A stretch of DNA of 34,123 bases from Escherichia coli (GCF_003334385.1 NZ_QOWN01000047.1); one strand, 5' to 3'. Counted from the first letter of the stretch, positions 13,490-24,501 are shown. Numbers and translations are program-made. The notes: generated by a model not told the origin, from the sequence alone.

Positions 13490-14263
13490 TCAGACGTCGA
13501 CTTTATCCAGCGGCCATGAATCAAACAGATAGCCGTCAAAATAAATATCGTCAACGTTCGAGAATTCCAGCAGACGTTGCTTAACGTTTTCCAGATGCTG
13601 CCACATTGCCAGCTTCGCCGCTCGGGCATCTTTTTTGATTAACGCGGCGAGGATCTGTTTGTGATCGCCCAACCACTCTTTGCGATACAGGCTGTCATCC
13701 AGATGGCTGTGCAACTGGATCCACATTGGATTGTTTTCCCGCCACTGCCAGGACTGACGGAATAACTCCACCAGCATGCTGTTATGCGTTGCTTCGGCAA
13801 TGGCGAGATGGAACTGCATATCACCGCTTTCGCTGCTACCCGGCGCGCTGGAAGCCAGTTCACGCTCTTCCAGTTGCAATGCCTGACGCATTTTGACGAT
13901 ATCTTCGCGGGTAGCCTGCAAAGCGGCAAATTCCGCGATGTTACTTTCCAGTAACTGACGCGCCTGTAACAGCTCAAAAGGACCCGCATCATTACAGACG
14001 TTGGCATCCGAACTGTCTGTGTTGTGGCTGCCTGAGCTATCAAGAACATAGATACCGGCACCCCGGCGCACTTCCACCAGCCCTTTGATCTCCAGCATGA
14101 TCAGCGCTTCACGTACCACCGTCCGCGTGACATCAAGCATTTCTGCAATTTCACGCTCCGGCGGCAGCCGTTCGCCAGGATTGTACGGCGTCTTTATGAT
14201 CAGATCGCGGATCATCGCCCCGACTTCCTGGTAAGGTCTTTGCGCAGAGGTGGCAGATTTCAT
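13490..14263 (-). CDS. uxuR: GntR/FadR-family repressor UxuR
   Basis: 257-aa ORF with N-terminal GntR HTH; adjacent to uxuB-uxuA. Confidence 0.9.
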   Translation of the reverse strand: MKSATSAQRPYQEVGAMIRDLIIKTPYNPGERLPPEREIAEMLDVTRTVVREALIMLEIKGLVEVRRGAGIYVLDSSGSHNTDSSDANVCNDAGPFELLQARQLLESNIAEFAALQATREDIVKMRQALQLEERELASSAPGSSESGDMQFHLAIAEATHNSMLVELFRQSWQWRENNPMWIQLHSHLDDSLYRKEWLGDHKQILAALIKKDARAAKLAMWQHLENVKQRLLEFSNVDDIYFDGYLFDSWPLDKVDV

Positions 14264-14300
14264 GGTGTTGTGTCCGTTAGGTGCGGTTAATCAAATTTTT

Positions 14301-14334
14301 GCCGGATGCGGCGTGAACGCCTTATCCGGCCTAC
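14301..14334. repeat. REP (repetitive extragenic palindromic) element
   Basis: GCCGGATGCGGCGTGAACGCCTTATCCGGCCTAC between uxuR and uxuB matches the enterobacterial REP consensus. Confidence 0.8.
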
Positions 14335-14477
14335 AACGGGCAATTTTACGGCCCCTGTTAATCTCAAACTATACCATTAGCACTGGAAGTTGGCACGTAC
14401 AGGTGGGCAAAAAAACGAAAACTGGTCAACCAAATATCAGTTTGATTGACCAGTAAGTCTGTAGGGTAATCAGTTAG

Positions 14478-15938
14478 TTACAGCGCAGCCACACACTCGC
14501 GCGCACCGCGTTCGCACAGCTGCTGATATGCCGCCGTCACCGCGCCAACAAAGTCGGCATTCTGCGGCAGATCATCGGCAAAAATACCGCTCAGGCCTAG
14601 CAGCGCTTTCACGCGGTCTGCGCCCTGATACTGCGCGTTAATCTTCTGGAACTCGGCCAGCATCGGGTCGACCACGTCAATGGCATTACCCTGCTCATCC
14701 ACGCCCTGGGTGTAACGCATCCAGCCAGCCACGCCCAGCGCCAGGTGACGCCAGCTGCCGCCGTTTTGCAGGTGCAGACGCACCGGGTCCAGCAGACGCT
14801 GCGGTAACTTCTGGCTGCCGTCCATCGCAATCTGCCAGGTACGGTGACGCAGAGACGGGTTGCTGAAACGCTCGATCAGCAGCGTCGCATAGGCGTTCAG
14901 GTCCGTACCTTCCGGCATCGACAGCGTTGGCGCTTGTTCCTGCATCATCAGGGCAAAGGCCGCTTTGCGATAATCCGGGTTAGTCATGGTGTCGGCAATA
15001 GTTTCATAGCCGCCGAGGTAACCGAGGTACGCCAGGAAAGAGTGGCTACCGTTCAGCATACGCAGCTTCATCATTTCGAACGGCACAACGTCTGCAACGA
15101 ACTGTGCGCCCACTTTATCCCAGTCCGGGCGACCATTAACGAAATTATCTTCAATCACCCACTGACGGAACGGTTCGCAGGCAATGGCGCACGGGTCGTA
15201 AACGCCCAGCTGGTCAGCAATTTCCTGTAAGGTTTCTGGCGTCGCCGCCGGAACGATGCGGTCAACCATGGTGCACGGGAAGGTGACGTTCTCTTCAATC
15301 CATGCCGCTAGCTGCGGGTCACGCGCCTGAGCCAGCCCCAGTACCGCGACCTTCGCCACATGACCGTTTTCACGCACGTTATCGCAGGACATCACCGTAA
15401 ATGCTTTCAGCCCTTTTTCACGACGCAGACGCAAGGCTTCGACGATGTAACCAATCGCGGACTTCGGCGCAGTCGGGTTTTCCAGATCGTGCTTGATCAG
15501 CGGGTTATTGAGATCCAGTTGACCGCTTGCCGCATCAGCGCAGTAGCCTTTTTCCGTGACCGTCAGAGAGACAATCGCCGTTTGCGGACGCGCCATCGCG
15601 TTGAGAATACCTTCGCAGCCGTCGATTTCCGGGTGCAGCGCTTCTTTCATCGAACCGATAATTTTCAGCTCGGTGCTTTCCGCGCCTTTTTCCGCCACGG
15701 TGTACAGCAGTTGCTGTTTTTTCAGGTTTTCGATCAGCACGCGGTCGTTGCCTGGCATCAGGTTAACTTCGCAGATACCCCAGTCGCTGTCGGTGCTTTC
15801 CAGCAGATGATGGGTGTACAGCGCCTGGTGCGCACGGTGAAACGCCCCGCAACCGAGATGCACAATGCGTGATTCCAGACGAGAATGATCCCATGACGGG
15901 CGGGCAACCGGCAGATTGCTGTCAACAATAGTAGTCAT
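14478..15938 (-). CDS. uxuB: D-mannonate oxidoreductase UxuB
   Basis: 486-aa ORF of the mannitol dehydrogenase family with a Rossmann N-terminus (IVHLGCGAFHRAHQ). Confidence 0.9.
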   Translation of the reverse strand: MTTIVDSNLPVARPSWDHSRLESRIVHLGCGAFHRAHQALYTHHLLESTDSDWGICEVNLMPGNDRVLIENLKKQQLLYTVAEKGAESTELKIIGSMKEALHPEIDGCEGILNAMARPQTAIVSLTVTEKGYCADAASGQLDLNNPLIKHDLENPTAPKSAIGYIVEALRLRREKGLKAFTVMSCDNVRENGHVAKVAVLGLAQARDPQLAAWIEENVTFPCTMVDRIVPAATPETLQEIADQLGVYDPCAIACEPFRQWVIEDNFVNGRPDWDKVGAQFVADVVPFEMMKLRMLNGSHSFLAYLGYLGGYETIADTMTNPDYRKAAFALMMQEQAPTLSMPEGTDLNAYATLLIERFSNPSLRHRTWQIAMDGSQKLPQRLLDPVRLHLQNGGSWRHLALGVAGWMRYTQGVDEQGNAIDVVDPMLAEFQKINAQYQGADRVKALLGLSGIFADDLPQNADFVGAVTAAYQQLCERGARECVAAL

Positions 15939-16018
15939 CGTAAACTCCAGAATCCGTCTTCAGAGAGTGACGGCAAGGAAGAAGGAACCGGCACGGCGCG
16001 CAGCCATGCCGGTGGATA

Positions 16019-17203
16019 TTAACGGCTAAAGAAAGCGCGCTGGATCGCCAGTTCGACACCGCGAACTTCGGCCAGGCCTTTCAGACGACCAATTGCGGAG
16101 TAACCTGGGTTGGTTTTCTTCTTCAGGTCGTCCAGCATCTGATGACCGTGGTCCGGACGCATCGGGATCAGGTCTTCTTTGCCTTCCGCTTTACGACGGT
16201 GTTCTTCTTCAACAATCGCTTTCACCACTTCGTACATATCAACGTCACCGTTCAGGTGCGCCGCTTCGTGGAAGGTTTTCGGGTTATCTTCACGCATGGT
16301 GGAGCGCAGATGGGTGAAGTAAATACGCGGACCGAACTGCTTGATCATATCAACCAGATCGTTGTCAGCACGCACGCCGTAGGAACCGGTGCACATGGTG
16401 AAACCGTTCGCCATGCTATTTACGGTATCAACCATCCACTGCATATCTTCAATGGTAGAAACAATGCGCGGCAGGCCGAGGATTGGGCGCGGCGGATCGT
16501 CCGGGTGAACAGCCATACGCACGCCAACTTCTTCGGCAACCGGAATAATCGCCTTCAGGAAGACGGCAAAGTTTTCGCGCAGTTTGGCTTTGTCGATATC
16601 TTTGTACAGCTCCAGGTGCTTACGGAACTGGTCGAGGGTGTACCCTTCTTCCGCGCCCGGCAGACCGGCAATGATGTTACGGGTCAGACGCGCTTTGTCT
16701 TCGTCGCTCATAGTGGCGAAGCGTTCAGCTGCCTGAGCAATTTCTTCTTCGGTGTAATCCGCTTCCGCACCTGGGCGTTTCAGGATATGCATTTCGAATG
16801 CAGCGAATTCGATCTGGTCGAAGCGCAGAGCTTTGGAGCCGTCTGGCAGCACGTATTCGAGGTCAGTACGGGTCCAGTCGAGCACCGGCATGAAGTTGTA
16901 GCACACGGTGCGAATACCGCACTGCGCCAGGTTGCGCAGAGTCTGCTGATAGTTAGCGATCCACTGCTCATAGTTGCCAGTGTGGGTTTTGATATCTTCG
17001 TGAATTGGCACGCTTTCTACGACAGACCACACCAGGCCTGCATCTTCAACGATAGCCTTGCGTTTGAGGATCTCTTCTACGGACCATACTTCACCGTTCG
17101 GGATATGGTGCAAAGCGGTAACCACGCCAGTCGCGCCCGCCTGACGGACATCAGCTAAAGAAACCGGATCGTTTGGGCCGTACCAGCGCCAGGTCTGTTC
17201 CAT
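16019..17203 (-). CDS. uxuA: D-mannonate dehydratase UxuA
   Basis: ORF 16019-17239; start taken at the in-frame ATG ([14 protein letters not shown]...) giving 394 aa. Confidence 0.9.
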
Positions 17204-17365
17204 GATTTTTCCTCTTTCACATAGTGGGTTCCACAGCAAAGAGACGCGGAACCCTGGAGTTGTTTAGGTATCCGGATGAACAACCAGACCGCAGCCGTGG
17301 CGTTGCATCGGATGAGATGGCGTATAAGTTCTACCTTTTGGTAAGACATGTCAACCCGAATTCTG

Positions 17366-17383
17366 AAATTGGTTAACCACATC
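17366..17383. promoter_or_regulatory. Candidate UxuR/ExuR operator (palindrome AAATTGGTTAACCAC)
   Basis: Perfect 10-bp palindrome TGGTTAACCA flanked by AAAT, in the divergent uxuA-gntP region; resembles the TGGT-N-ACCA type operator. Confidence 0.55.
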
Positions 17384-17473
17384 ACAAGAATTTCACTCTC
17401 CTGGTTGTTGCTGCAAATTGCAGCAAAAGGTAATCGATGGTTATTGATCAGAGGATGTGACATTCATCGCAAC

Positions 17474-17488
17474 AATGGTTGACCAATT
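17474..17488. promoter_or_regulatory. Second candidate UxuR/ExuR operator (AATGGTTGACCAATT)
   Basis: Inverted half-sites TGGT/ACCA about 55 bp upstream of the gntP start codon. Confidence 0.45.
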
Positions 17489-17542
17489 TACATAACATGT
17501 CGCCCAAAATAACAACGGTTCAACCAGGTAAGGTAAAACGTT

Positions 17543-18886
17543 ATGCATGTGCTTAACATTCTCTGGGTGGTATTCGGCATTGGTCTGATGCTGGTACTGA
17601 ATTTGAAGTTCAAAATCAATTCAATGGTGGCCTTGTTGGTGGCGGCGCTGTCCGTCGGGATGCTGGCGGGCATGGATTTGATGTCGCTGCTGCACACCAT
17701 GAAAGCGGGCTTCGGCAACACACTGGGGGAACTGGCTATCATCGTGGTGTTCGGTGCGGTCATCGGTAAATTGATGGTCGACTCCGGCGCGGCTCACCAG
17801 ATAGCGCATACGCTGCTGGCACGTCTCGGTCTGCGTTATGTACAGCTGTCGGTGATTATCATCGGCCTGATTTTCGGTCTGGCGATGTTCTATGAAGTGG
17901 CCTTTATCATGTTAGCACCGCTGGTTATTGTTATTGCCGCCGAAGCTAAAATTCCGTTCCTGAAACTGGCGATCCCGGCAGTAGCAGCTGCCACTACCGC
18001 ACATTCACTGTTCCCACCGCAGCCGGGTCCGGTGGCGCTGGTGAATGCTTATGGCGCGGATATGGGGATGGTTTATATCTATGGCGTACTGGTGACGATC
18101 CCAAGTGTCATCTGCGCAGGTCTGATCCTGCCGAAGTTCCTCGGCAATCTTGAGCGCCCAACGCCATCATTCCTGAAAGCAGATCAACCGGTAGATATGA
18201 ATAATCTGCCCTCTTTCGGCGTTTCGATTCTGGTGCCGTTGATCCCGGCGATCATTATGATCTCTACCACCATCGCCAATATCTGGCTGGTAAAAGATAC
18301 CCCTGCGTGGGAAGTGGTTAACTTTATCGGTTCCTCGCCGATTGCAATGTTTATTGCGATGGTGGTTGCATTCGTACTCTTTGGCACCGCGCGCGGGCAC
18401 GATATGCAGTGGGTAATGAACGCTTTTGAAAGCGCGGTGAAAAGCATTGCAATGGTGATTCTGATCATCGGTGCAGGTGGCGTGCTGAAGCAGACCATCA
18501 TCGACACCGGCATCGGCGACACCATCGGCATGCTGATGTCCCACGGCAATATCTCGCCCTACATCATGGCATGGCTGATCACCGTACTGATTCGTCTGGC
18601 GACGGGTCAGGGTGTGGTTTCAGCGATGACCGCCGCCGGGATTATCAGTGCAGCAATCCTTGATCCAGCAACTGGTCAGCTGGTTGGCGTGAATCCGGCG
18701 CTGCTAGTACTGGCGACGGCTGCGGGTTCCAACACCCTCACCCACATTAACGATGCCTCATTCTGGTTGTTCAAAGGTTACTTTGACCTGTCAGTAAAAG
18801 ACACGTTGAAAACCTGGGGTCTGCTGGAGCTGGTCAACTCCGTGGTTGGGCTGATTATTGTGCTGATTATTAGCATGGTAGCGTAA
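17543..18886 (+). CDS. gntP: GntP-family permease (fructuronate/gluconate transporter)
   Basis: 447-aa polytopic ORF of the GntP permease family, divergent from uxuA. Confidence 0.9.
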
Positions 18887-18896
18887 AAGAGCACCT

Positions 18897-18917
18897 GAGC
18901 CTGCCATTGGCAGGCTC
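18897..18917 (+). terminator. Hairpin immediately downstream of gntP (possible terminator)
   Basis: GAGCCTGCC-ATT-GGCAGGCTC stem-loop 11 bp after the gntP stop, followed by TGTT; weak U-tract. Confidence 0.45.
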
Positions 18918-18950
18918 TGTTCGGATTGTCGGTAAAGTGCGCTTTGTTTA

Positions 18951-18987
18951 TGCCAGATGCGACGCTGACGCGTCTTATCTGGCCTAC
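18951..18987. repeat. REP element (variant)
   Basis: TGCCAGATGCGACGCTGACGCGTCTTATCTGGCCTAC in the convergent gntP/fimH intergenic region. Confidence 0.7.
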
Positions 18988-19058
18988 AAAGGGCTAACGT
19001 GCAGGTTTTAGCTTCAGGTAATATTGCGTACCTGCATTAGCAATGCCCTGTGATTTCT

Positions 19059-19961
19059 TTATTGATAAACAAAAGTCACGGCAATAATCGATTGCACATT
19101 CCCTGCAGTCACCTGCCCTCCGGTACGTGCGTAATTTGCCGTTAATCCCAGACTTACCGCCGAAGTCCCTACTGCTCCTAACGATACCGTGTTATTCGCT
19201 GGAATAATCGTACCGTTGCGCGTCAACTGTACGCCGACGCCCTGTGCAGGTGAAAACGACGCGGTATTGGTGAAAATCGAGTTGCCCGCATCTGCGGTTG
19301 TGCCGGAGAGGTAATACCCCAGGTTTTGGCTTTTCGCACAATAAACGGTAAGAGGAATCGGCACTGAACCAGGGTAGTCCGGCAGAGTAACGGTGACATC
19401 ACGAGCAGAAACATCGCAGCCGCCAGTGGGCACCACCACATCATTATTGGCGTAAATATTCCACACAAACTGGAAATCATCGCTGTTATAGTTGTTGGTC
19501 TGTCGCAAAATAAGCACGGCAATTAATGAGCCAGCTTTAATCACCACCCCGCCCGCACTGCTCACAGGCGTCAAATAAAGCGCCACCGGCCACGGCTTAT
19601 CCGTTCTCGAATTATAAACAACCCGCGGCGTTTCACTGGTGGTCGGAAATGGATAGCTACTGCCACTATATTTTACGGTCCCGGAAAAATTAGATAACAC
19701 GCCGCCATAAGCCGAGCCTCGTTGCAGTGTGACATAATCTGTAATGGTTTCCGGGTAATCGTTATGGCAAAAGATTTGCGTCGAAAGATCCACGACCAGG
19801 TTTTGCCCCACATTCACGGCGGGCGCAAGGTTTACATAAACATTGGCGCTGCCACCGCCAATAGGGATAGCGGTGCCATTGGCGGTTTTACAGGCGAATG
19901 ACCAGGCATTTACCGACCAGCCCATCAGCAGTACAGCAAACAGGTTAATAACTCGTTTCAT
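19059..19961 (-). CDS. fimH: Type 1 fimbrial adhesin FimH (mannose-binding)
   Basis: ORF 19059-19970; start at MKRVI... gives 300 aa; mature N-terminus FACKTANGTAIPIGGGSANVYVNLAP recognised as FimH. Confidence 0.95.
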   Translation of the reverse strand: MKRVINLFAVLLMGWSVNAWSFACKTANGTAIPIGGGSANVYVNLAPAVNVGQNLVVDLSTQIFCHNDYPETITDYVTLQRGSAYGGVLSNFSGTVKYSGSSYPFPTTSETPRVVYNSRTDKPWPVALYLTPVSSAGGVVIKAGSLIAVLILRQTNNYNSDDFQFVWNIYANNDVVVPTGGCDVSARDVTVTLPDYPGSVPIPLTVYCAKSQNLGYYLSGTTADAGNSIFTNTASFSPAQGVGVQLTRNGTIIPANNTVSLGAVGTSAVSLGLTANYARTGGQVTAGNVQSIIAVTFVYQ

Positions 19962-19980
19962 TACAATCATCTCTTCGGCT

Positions 19981-20484
19981 TCAGCTGTAGGTATAGGTGA
20001 TGCTAATCACTGCCTGAATGGTTCCCTGAGTGGCTCCGCCATTTACCGTCAATGCTCTGACCTGTAACGGGAAGTGCGCTGATTGTGAGGAATCATCCAC
20101 CTGAACTGTTTTGGTTGCGCCACTATTCAATGTGTTGCCACTGTCATCCTGTAGCTCTAACTGGATGTTTTGCGCGGTCCCCTGGTTTTTATAATATCCG
20201 GTACTGTCGGCTGCCCCGCTGAAGCTGGCAGTGACCCTCGACGTTCCCACCGGACAATTAGTCAACTCAAGCGCAACATCATGCCAGGCCGATGCCGCCC
20301 CGGCAGACATCAGACTGAAAGAATAAAGATCGCCGAGATCTACCGTGGCATTGGTGGTGGAAACCGTGCACGGTTTGGCGACGACCTTACCGTTCACCGT
20401 GATGGTGACATCGGCTGCCTGTATCGTCGCACTTGCGAGCGCCAATATTGCCGCCAATACATACCCACGTTTGCACCATTTCAT
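19981..20484 (-). CDS. fimG: Type 1 fimbrial minor subunit FimG
   Basis: 167-aa pilin-like ORF with signal peptide, between fimH and fimF. Confidence 0.9.
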   Translation of the reverse strand: MKWCKRGYVLAAILALASATIQAADVTITVNGKVVAKPCTVSTTNATVDLGDLYSFSLMSAGAASAWHDVALELTNCPVGTSRVTASFSGAADSTGYYKNQGTAQNIQLELQDDSGNTLNSGATKTVQVDDSSQSAHFPLQVRALTVNGGATQGTIQAVISITYTYS

Positions 20485-20496
20485 GAGCCTCTCCAG

Positions 20497-21027
20497 TTAC
20501 TGATATTCAAGAGTGAAGGTAGCCGTGGCATTGATATGCCCCGCAGTGACAGGCACCTGTGTCGCCATTAGCCGGGCGTAAAAATTCAGCGTATTTGGTT
20601 TACCCGGCGTCAGGGTCGTCCACGAAATCGCGGACGATGGGGCATTAATGGGTATCTGATTTTGTTGCTCATTCAGAAGCTGTATTCCCAGTCCCGCAAC
20701 CGCTGACACCGTATTTTCAAGTGCAAGCAGGTTGGCATTGTGGCTATCTGCAACACCGGTAAACCCAACTTTTACGGCAGAAACGGCATTACCACAGGGT
20801 GACAGCAAAATACGAAATGGAACGACAGGAGTCGTCGCGCCAATGTTGTTAAATTGCTTCGCCGCGTTTTCCATCAGATCAACAGTAAAATTGGTTGATT
20901 CAGCGGCCACACTACAGCCGTTATCTCTGACATAGCCGCGGATAGTAATCGTGCTATCCGCAGCCAAAGCGTGACTTACCGCCAGCCACAAAAAAGCGCA
21001 CAGAAGATAAAAAGGTTTGTTTCTCAT
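20497..21027 (-). CDS. fimF: Type 1 fimbrial minor subunit FimF
   Basis: ORF 20497-21030; pilin-like with signal peptide; start at the second Met gives 176 aa. Confidence 0.9.
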   Translation of the reverse strand: MRNKPFYLLCAFLWLAVSHALAADSTITIRGYVRDNGCSVAAESTNFTVDLMENAAKQFNNIGATTPVVPFRILLSPCGNAVSAVKVGFTGVADSHNANLLALENTVSAVAGLGIQLLNEQQNQIPINAPSSAISWTTLTPGKPNTLNFYARLMATQVPVTAGHINATATFTLEYQ

Positions 21028-21036
21028 CACGCCCCC

Positions 21037-23673
21037 TTAACGACATTCAGCTGATAGCTGAGTTAATAACTGCTGCTGACTCTCTGGTGGCAGTTGATAA
21101 TTGGCGACACAGTGAGCATTTTCCTCTTCTCCCCATTTCACCTGAACTTTTCCCGCTAAAGGCATTCCGCTGAGGTAAACCTGACCATTATCCGCAACAA
21201 TGCCGCTACTCTGGCTACTCTCTGATGTCACCATCGCCCCAAACGGCAGCGGCTTATTATTGTGGATTAGCGTCATGAGCAGTTTTATCCCAACGCGCGC
21301 TTTAAACTCTGCTCGCACGATCGCCCCACGGGTGGGAACAACGTTAGCGACCGCGTTATCTAAATCGACGTTATCAGCCAGGGTATTGGTATCCAGCGCT
21401 ACTCTGTTCTCCCGATATTCAGTGGCATAAGGCAGCACGGCATAACCGCGCCAGTCGGTACGCACCCCCGTCTGGTTTTCGACTTTTGCATCTTTTGCGC
21501 CAGGCGCTTTAACAAGCACCACCGTATCGTTTAACGGCTGCCCCAGCGTTACGCCATTGGCATGAGCCAGTACCCCACCGCTGACTCCGTAATAGAGCTG
21601 CTTAATATCATCGCTATGGCTGTAACCGATGTTGGCATTGCCGTAACCACCGCGATAATTCAGCGTGGCGTAGCCTGTACTTCCGCTATTACCATCACCT
21701 CCCCCGGCGTAACCGGTTTGCACGCTATAGCTGAGGTTGTTGTCTTCCAGCAACGTACCGTATACACCGACCAGATTGGTCATCCGACCGTTGAGATCGA
21801 GTGACATGCTGTAACTGGCACTGGCATGTCGCCACTGAGATTTACTGTCAGAACGCAGCCAGTGGCTGAAAGGAATATTGACGTTAAGCGCTAACATCTG
21901 ATCCCGTCCTTTTTGCCAGGCGTTTTTCGTCAGGCTATAGCTGAGCGTCCAGTTGATATCTTCGAATGCAGTATTTAAACCAGCCTGGAATTGCTCATCG
22001 ACATTACTCGTTCCCCAATAAGTTTGATGGCTACCACTCAAATACAGTGTTGATGTGCGCCCGAGTTGCTGAGTAACGGTGAGTTGTAATTTCCCGCGTT
22101 TGTTATAAGCGAGATTGTAATAGTCGGTGAATTTCGGCTTAACCTGAATAACACCATCCTGTGTTTCGATGTTGTAGCCATTCATTCGACTGTATGTTGT
22201 ATCAGCGAAATTAAAATATCCGCTGGTCGAATAACGGTAACCCACTAACTGAATATTCGTGCCTGATTCATTGAGCGATTTGTTATAGAGAAAACGCACC
22301 GATTGTCCGTCATGCTGACTGTCATCGGGAAGTGTGGAATTAGCCTGCGTCATATCCACAGACAGAGCGCCCAGTGCCCCCATGTTTTTCCCGATACCGA
22401 AATTAAACGCACGATAACGATCCGCCAGTTGCGTTCCACCATATATTGTCCAGCCAGCCGGAAGGCCGTGGAGTAATGTACTCTGGAAAAAGCGGGGTTT
22501 TTCCTGCTGCGCATTTCCACTACGGTATTCTCCTGCCGTAATGGAATAACGAGTATGCCCTTCACGTTGCAAAAGCGGGACTGACGAATAGGGTACGGTA
22601 AAGATCTGCGTGCTGCCGTCAGCCTCTTTAATCGTTACCTGCAAGTCACCACTATTACCTGCGGCATAGATATCGTTGATGGTAAAAGGCCCCGGCGGCA
22701 CCGTACTATTATAAATGTCATACCCATTTTGTTTAATAGTGACCTGTGCAGTACCACGAGCAATACCGTGGATCACCGGAGCAAATCCTCTTTGGCTATC
22801 GGGTAACATATTGTCATCTGAGGCCAATTGTGCGCCGCGAAAGTTAATACCATCGAAAATATCGCCCTGGGGATAACCATCACCCAGCGTCAGCCGGGAA
22901 CGTAACGGAATTATGTCTCGCTCAAGCCAGGTATTGATATGCTGCCATTTATTTTTGCTACCTGATGAACTGTCGCTACTGTTATAACTCCAGGTGGTAT
23001 TGTCGCGTAAACGCCACGCACCAATATTTAACCCACTCTGTAGGTTTAAATATGCATAATGGCTGTTACCCCCAATCCGATTCTGTACACTATTTCCGCT
23101 GAAATTATAATTGAGCAATCCGGCATTAATACCAGGATCCCATAACTCAGGAGGAATATAACCACGCGCGCGATTACTCATAAATGCCTGAGGGATCGTC
23201 AGGTTGAGTCGCTGCTGACCAACATCCAGATGCGCAGTAGCGTCATGGATCATTGAGGTTAATGGCACGCAGGCATCATCCGCCAGCAGATTCATACCGG
23301 AGACAGAAGCCGTATTCAACTCCATACTTGCAAGTTGCGCGCGTGTCAGGCAGGGAACAATCCCTTGTTCACTGTCGCCCGTATTAAATGTGACATCACG
23401 CGTTGCCATATAACCATTATTCAAATAGATATCGACACGATACGTCCCTGGCGGTAATTCTTGCCCATTTTCAAAACGCGATAAATCGGCCACAGCCTGG
23501 GGATCATCCGCTAAAAAGCGCGGATTAAAATAGAGTTCGGCAGATGACAAAGGTGCCTGTGCGGCAAAAGCACAGGCGACAAAGAGCCGGACAAAAAAAC
23601 CAGCCAAACGATGCTTACGAATATGCAAGCATTGTGTGTTTCGCTGGTAAAGTCTTAAATTCAGATATGACAT
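21037..23673 (-). CDS. fimD: Type 1 fimbrial outer membrane usher FimD
   Basis: 878-aa usher-family ORF in the canonical position. Confidence 0.95.
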   Translation of the reverse strand: MSYLNLRLYQRNTQCLHIRKHRLAGFFVRLFVACAFAAQAPLSSAELYFNPRFLADDPQAVADLSRFENGQELPPGTYRVDIYLNNGYMATRDVTFNTGDSEQGIVPCLTRAQLASMELNTASVSGMNLLADDACVPLTSMIHDATAHLDVGQQRLNLTIPQAFMSNRARGYIPPELWDPGINAGLLNYNFSGNSVQNRIGGNSHYAYLNLQSGLNIGAWRLRDNTTWSYNSSDSSSGSKNKWQHINTWLERDIIPLRSRLTLGDGYPQGDIFDGINFRGAQLASDDNMLPDSQRGFAPVIHGIARGTAQVTIKQNGYDIYNSTVPPGPFTINDIYAAGNSGDLQVTIKEADGSTQIFTVPYSSVPLLQREGHTRYSITAGEYRSGNAQQEKPRFFQSTLLHGLPAGWTIYGGTQLADRYRAFNFGIGKNMGALGALSVDMTQANSTLPDDSQHDGQSVRFLYNKSLNESGTNIQLVGYRYSTSGYFNFADTTYSRMNGYNIETQDGVIQVKPKFTDYYNLAYNKRGKLQLTVTQQLGRTSTLYLSGSHQTYWGTSNVDEQFQAGLNTAFEDINWTLSYSLTKNAWQKGRDQMLALNVNIPFSHWLRSDSKSQWRHASASYSMSLDLNGRMTNLVGVYGTLLEDNNLSYSVQTGYAGGGDGNSGSTGYATLNYRGGYGNANIGYSHSDDIKQLYYGVSGGVLAHANGVTLGQPLNDTVVLVKAPGAKDAKVENQTGVRTDWRGYAVLPYATEYRENRVALDTNTLADNVDLDNAVANVVPTRGAIVRAEFKARVGIKLLMTLIHNNKPLPFGAMVTSESSQSSGIVADNGQVYLSGMPLAGKVQVKWGEEENAHCVANYQLPPESQQQLLTQLSAECR

Positions 23674-23739
23674 TATTCCTCCGGTTTAAAATCACCCGGC
23701 AGTCAATTCTTTTTATTCAGGCGAAAAATTCCCCCTGCG

Positions 23740-24465
23740 TTATTCCATTACGCCCGTCATTTTGGGGGTAAGTGCGCCATAATCATTTATTGTTCGGTAA
23801 GTAATATTGCTTCCTGCATCAGAAGGCAATTTAACCGTGCTTTCGCCCATTGGAGGCACCAATGCATTTTCAAGAACCCGGGTTCCGGCATTCAACTCTG
23901 TTACCGTCAGGTAATAGGGTGTCGGGTTAATCAGAGTCAGAGAATTCGCGCTACGACGAAATCTTAATTTTTCTGCGGCCTGATCGGGTGGCAACGCTAA
24001 TTTAGCCGGGCGATAGTACAGTTTAATGCGGCTGATAATTGCGAGCTGTAGCGTATTCTCAGTCAATTTTGATTTATCCATTGACGGAATCGCTTTAACG
24101 TTCATCCAGAATAAACTTTCCCGATCCTGTGGCAATTGGTTATTTGTTGCATCAAGAATACGTAAGGTATTCTCTTTTTTTCCCTTCATCGCAAACAGAG
24201 GTGGCGTCACGATAAAACGACCATCCTTTACACCATCGGCATTTTCCACCCATGATTGAATTAAATAGGTGCTATTTTCATCATTATTTGTCACGGCAAG
24301 TTGCACTTGTTTTTGCCCTGCCGGATAAATTACGCGAGTCGCACCTAAGGCCACTCCCGCTTCGGCGCGTCCGGCAACCATCATTGCCATGAACATCAGG
24401 ATACCTGCCAGCAAGCAGAATGTTATTTCCTGCGATTTCCTTACATTGACGTTTTTATTACTCAC
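23740..24465 (-). CDS. fimC: Type 1 fimbrial periplasmic chaperone FimC
   Basis: 241-aa PapD-like chaperone with signal peptide. Confidence 0.95.
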   Translation of the reverse strand: MSNKNVNVRKSQEITFCLLAGILMFMAMMVAGRAEAGVALGATRVIYPAGQKQVQLAVTNNDENSTYLIQSWVENADGVKDGRFIVTPPLFAMKGKKENTLRILDATNNQLPQDRESLFWMNVKAIPSMDKSKLTENTLQLAIISRIKLYYRPAKLALPPDQAAEKLRFRRSANSLTLINPTPYYLTVTELNAGTRVLENALVPPMGESTVKLPSDAGSNITYRTINDYGALTPKMTGVME

Positions 24466-24501
24466 TGTCCTGTTCCTGTTATCACATTATCTGCTGAACA
24501 A

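Noticed and set aside
13639-14061. 140-aa minus-strand ORF
   Set aside because: Alternative frame inside uxuR; the uxuR frame has the recognisable GntR HTH, this one has nothing.
15360-15872. 170-aa plus-strand ORF (and the 128-aa ORF at 14844-15230)
   Set aside because: Antisense within uxuB; Arg/Phe-rich shadow translation with no motif.
16142-17158. 338-aa plus-strand ORF
   Set aside because: Lies entirely antisense within uxuA; its translation is low-complexity with unusual composition, typical of a shadow ORF opposite a highly expressed gene.
19059-19961. Possible pathoadaptive FimH allele
   Set aside because: Individual residues appear to differ from the version I remember, but I cannot align reliably from memory, so no allele call is made.
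21200-22565. Several 70-80-aa ORFs on both strands within fimD
   Set aside because: All nested within the fimD coding region in other frames; fimD fully explains the region.
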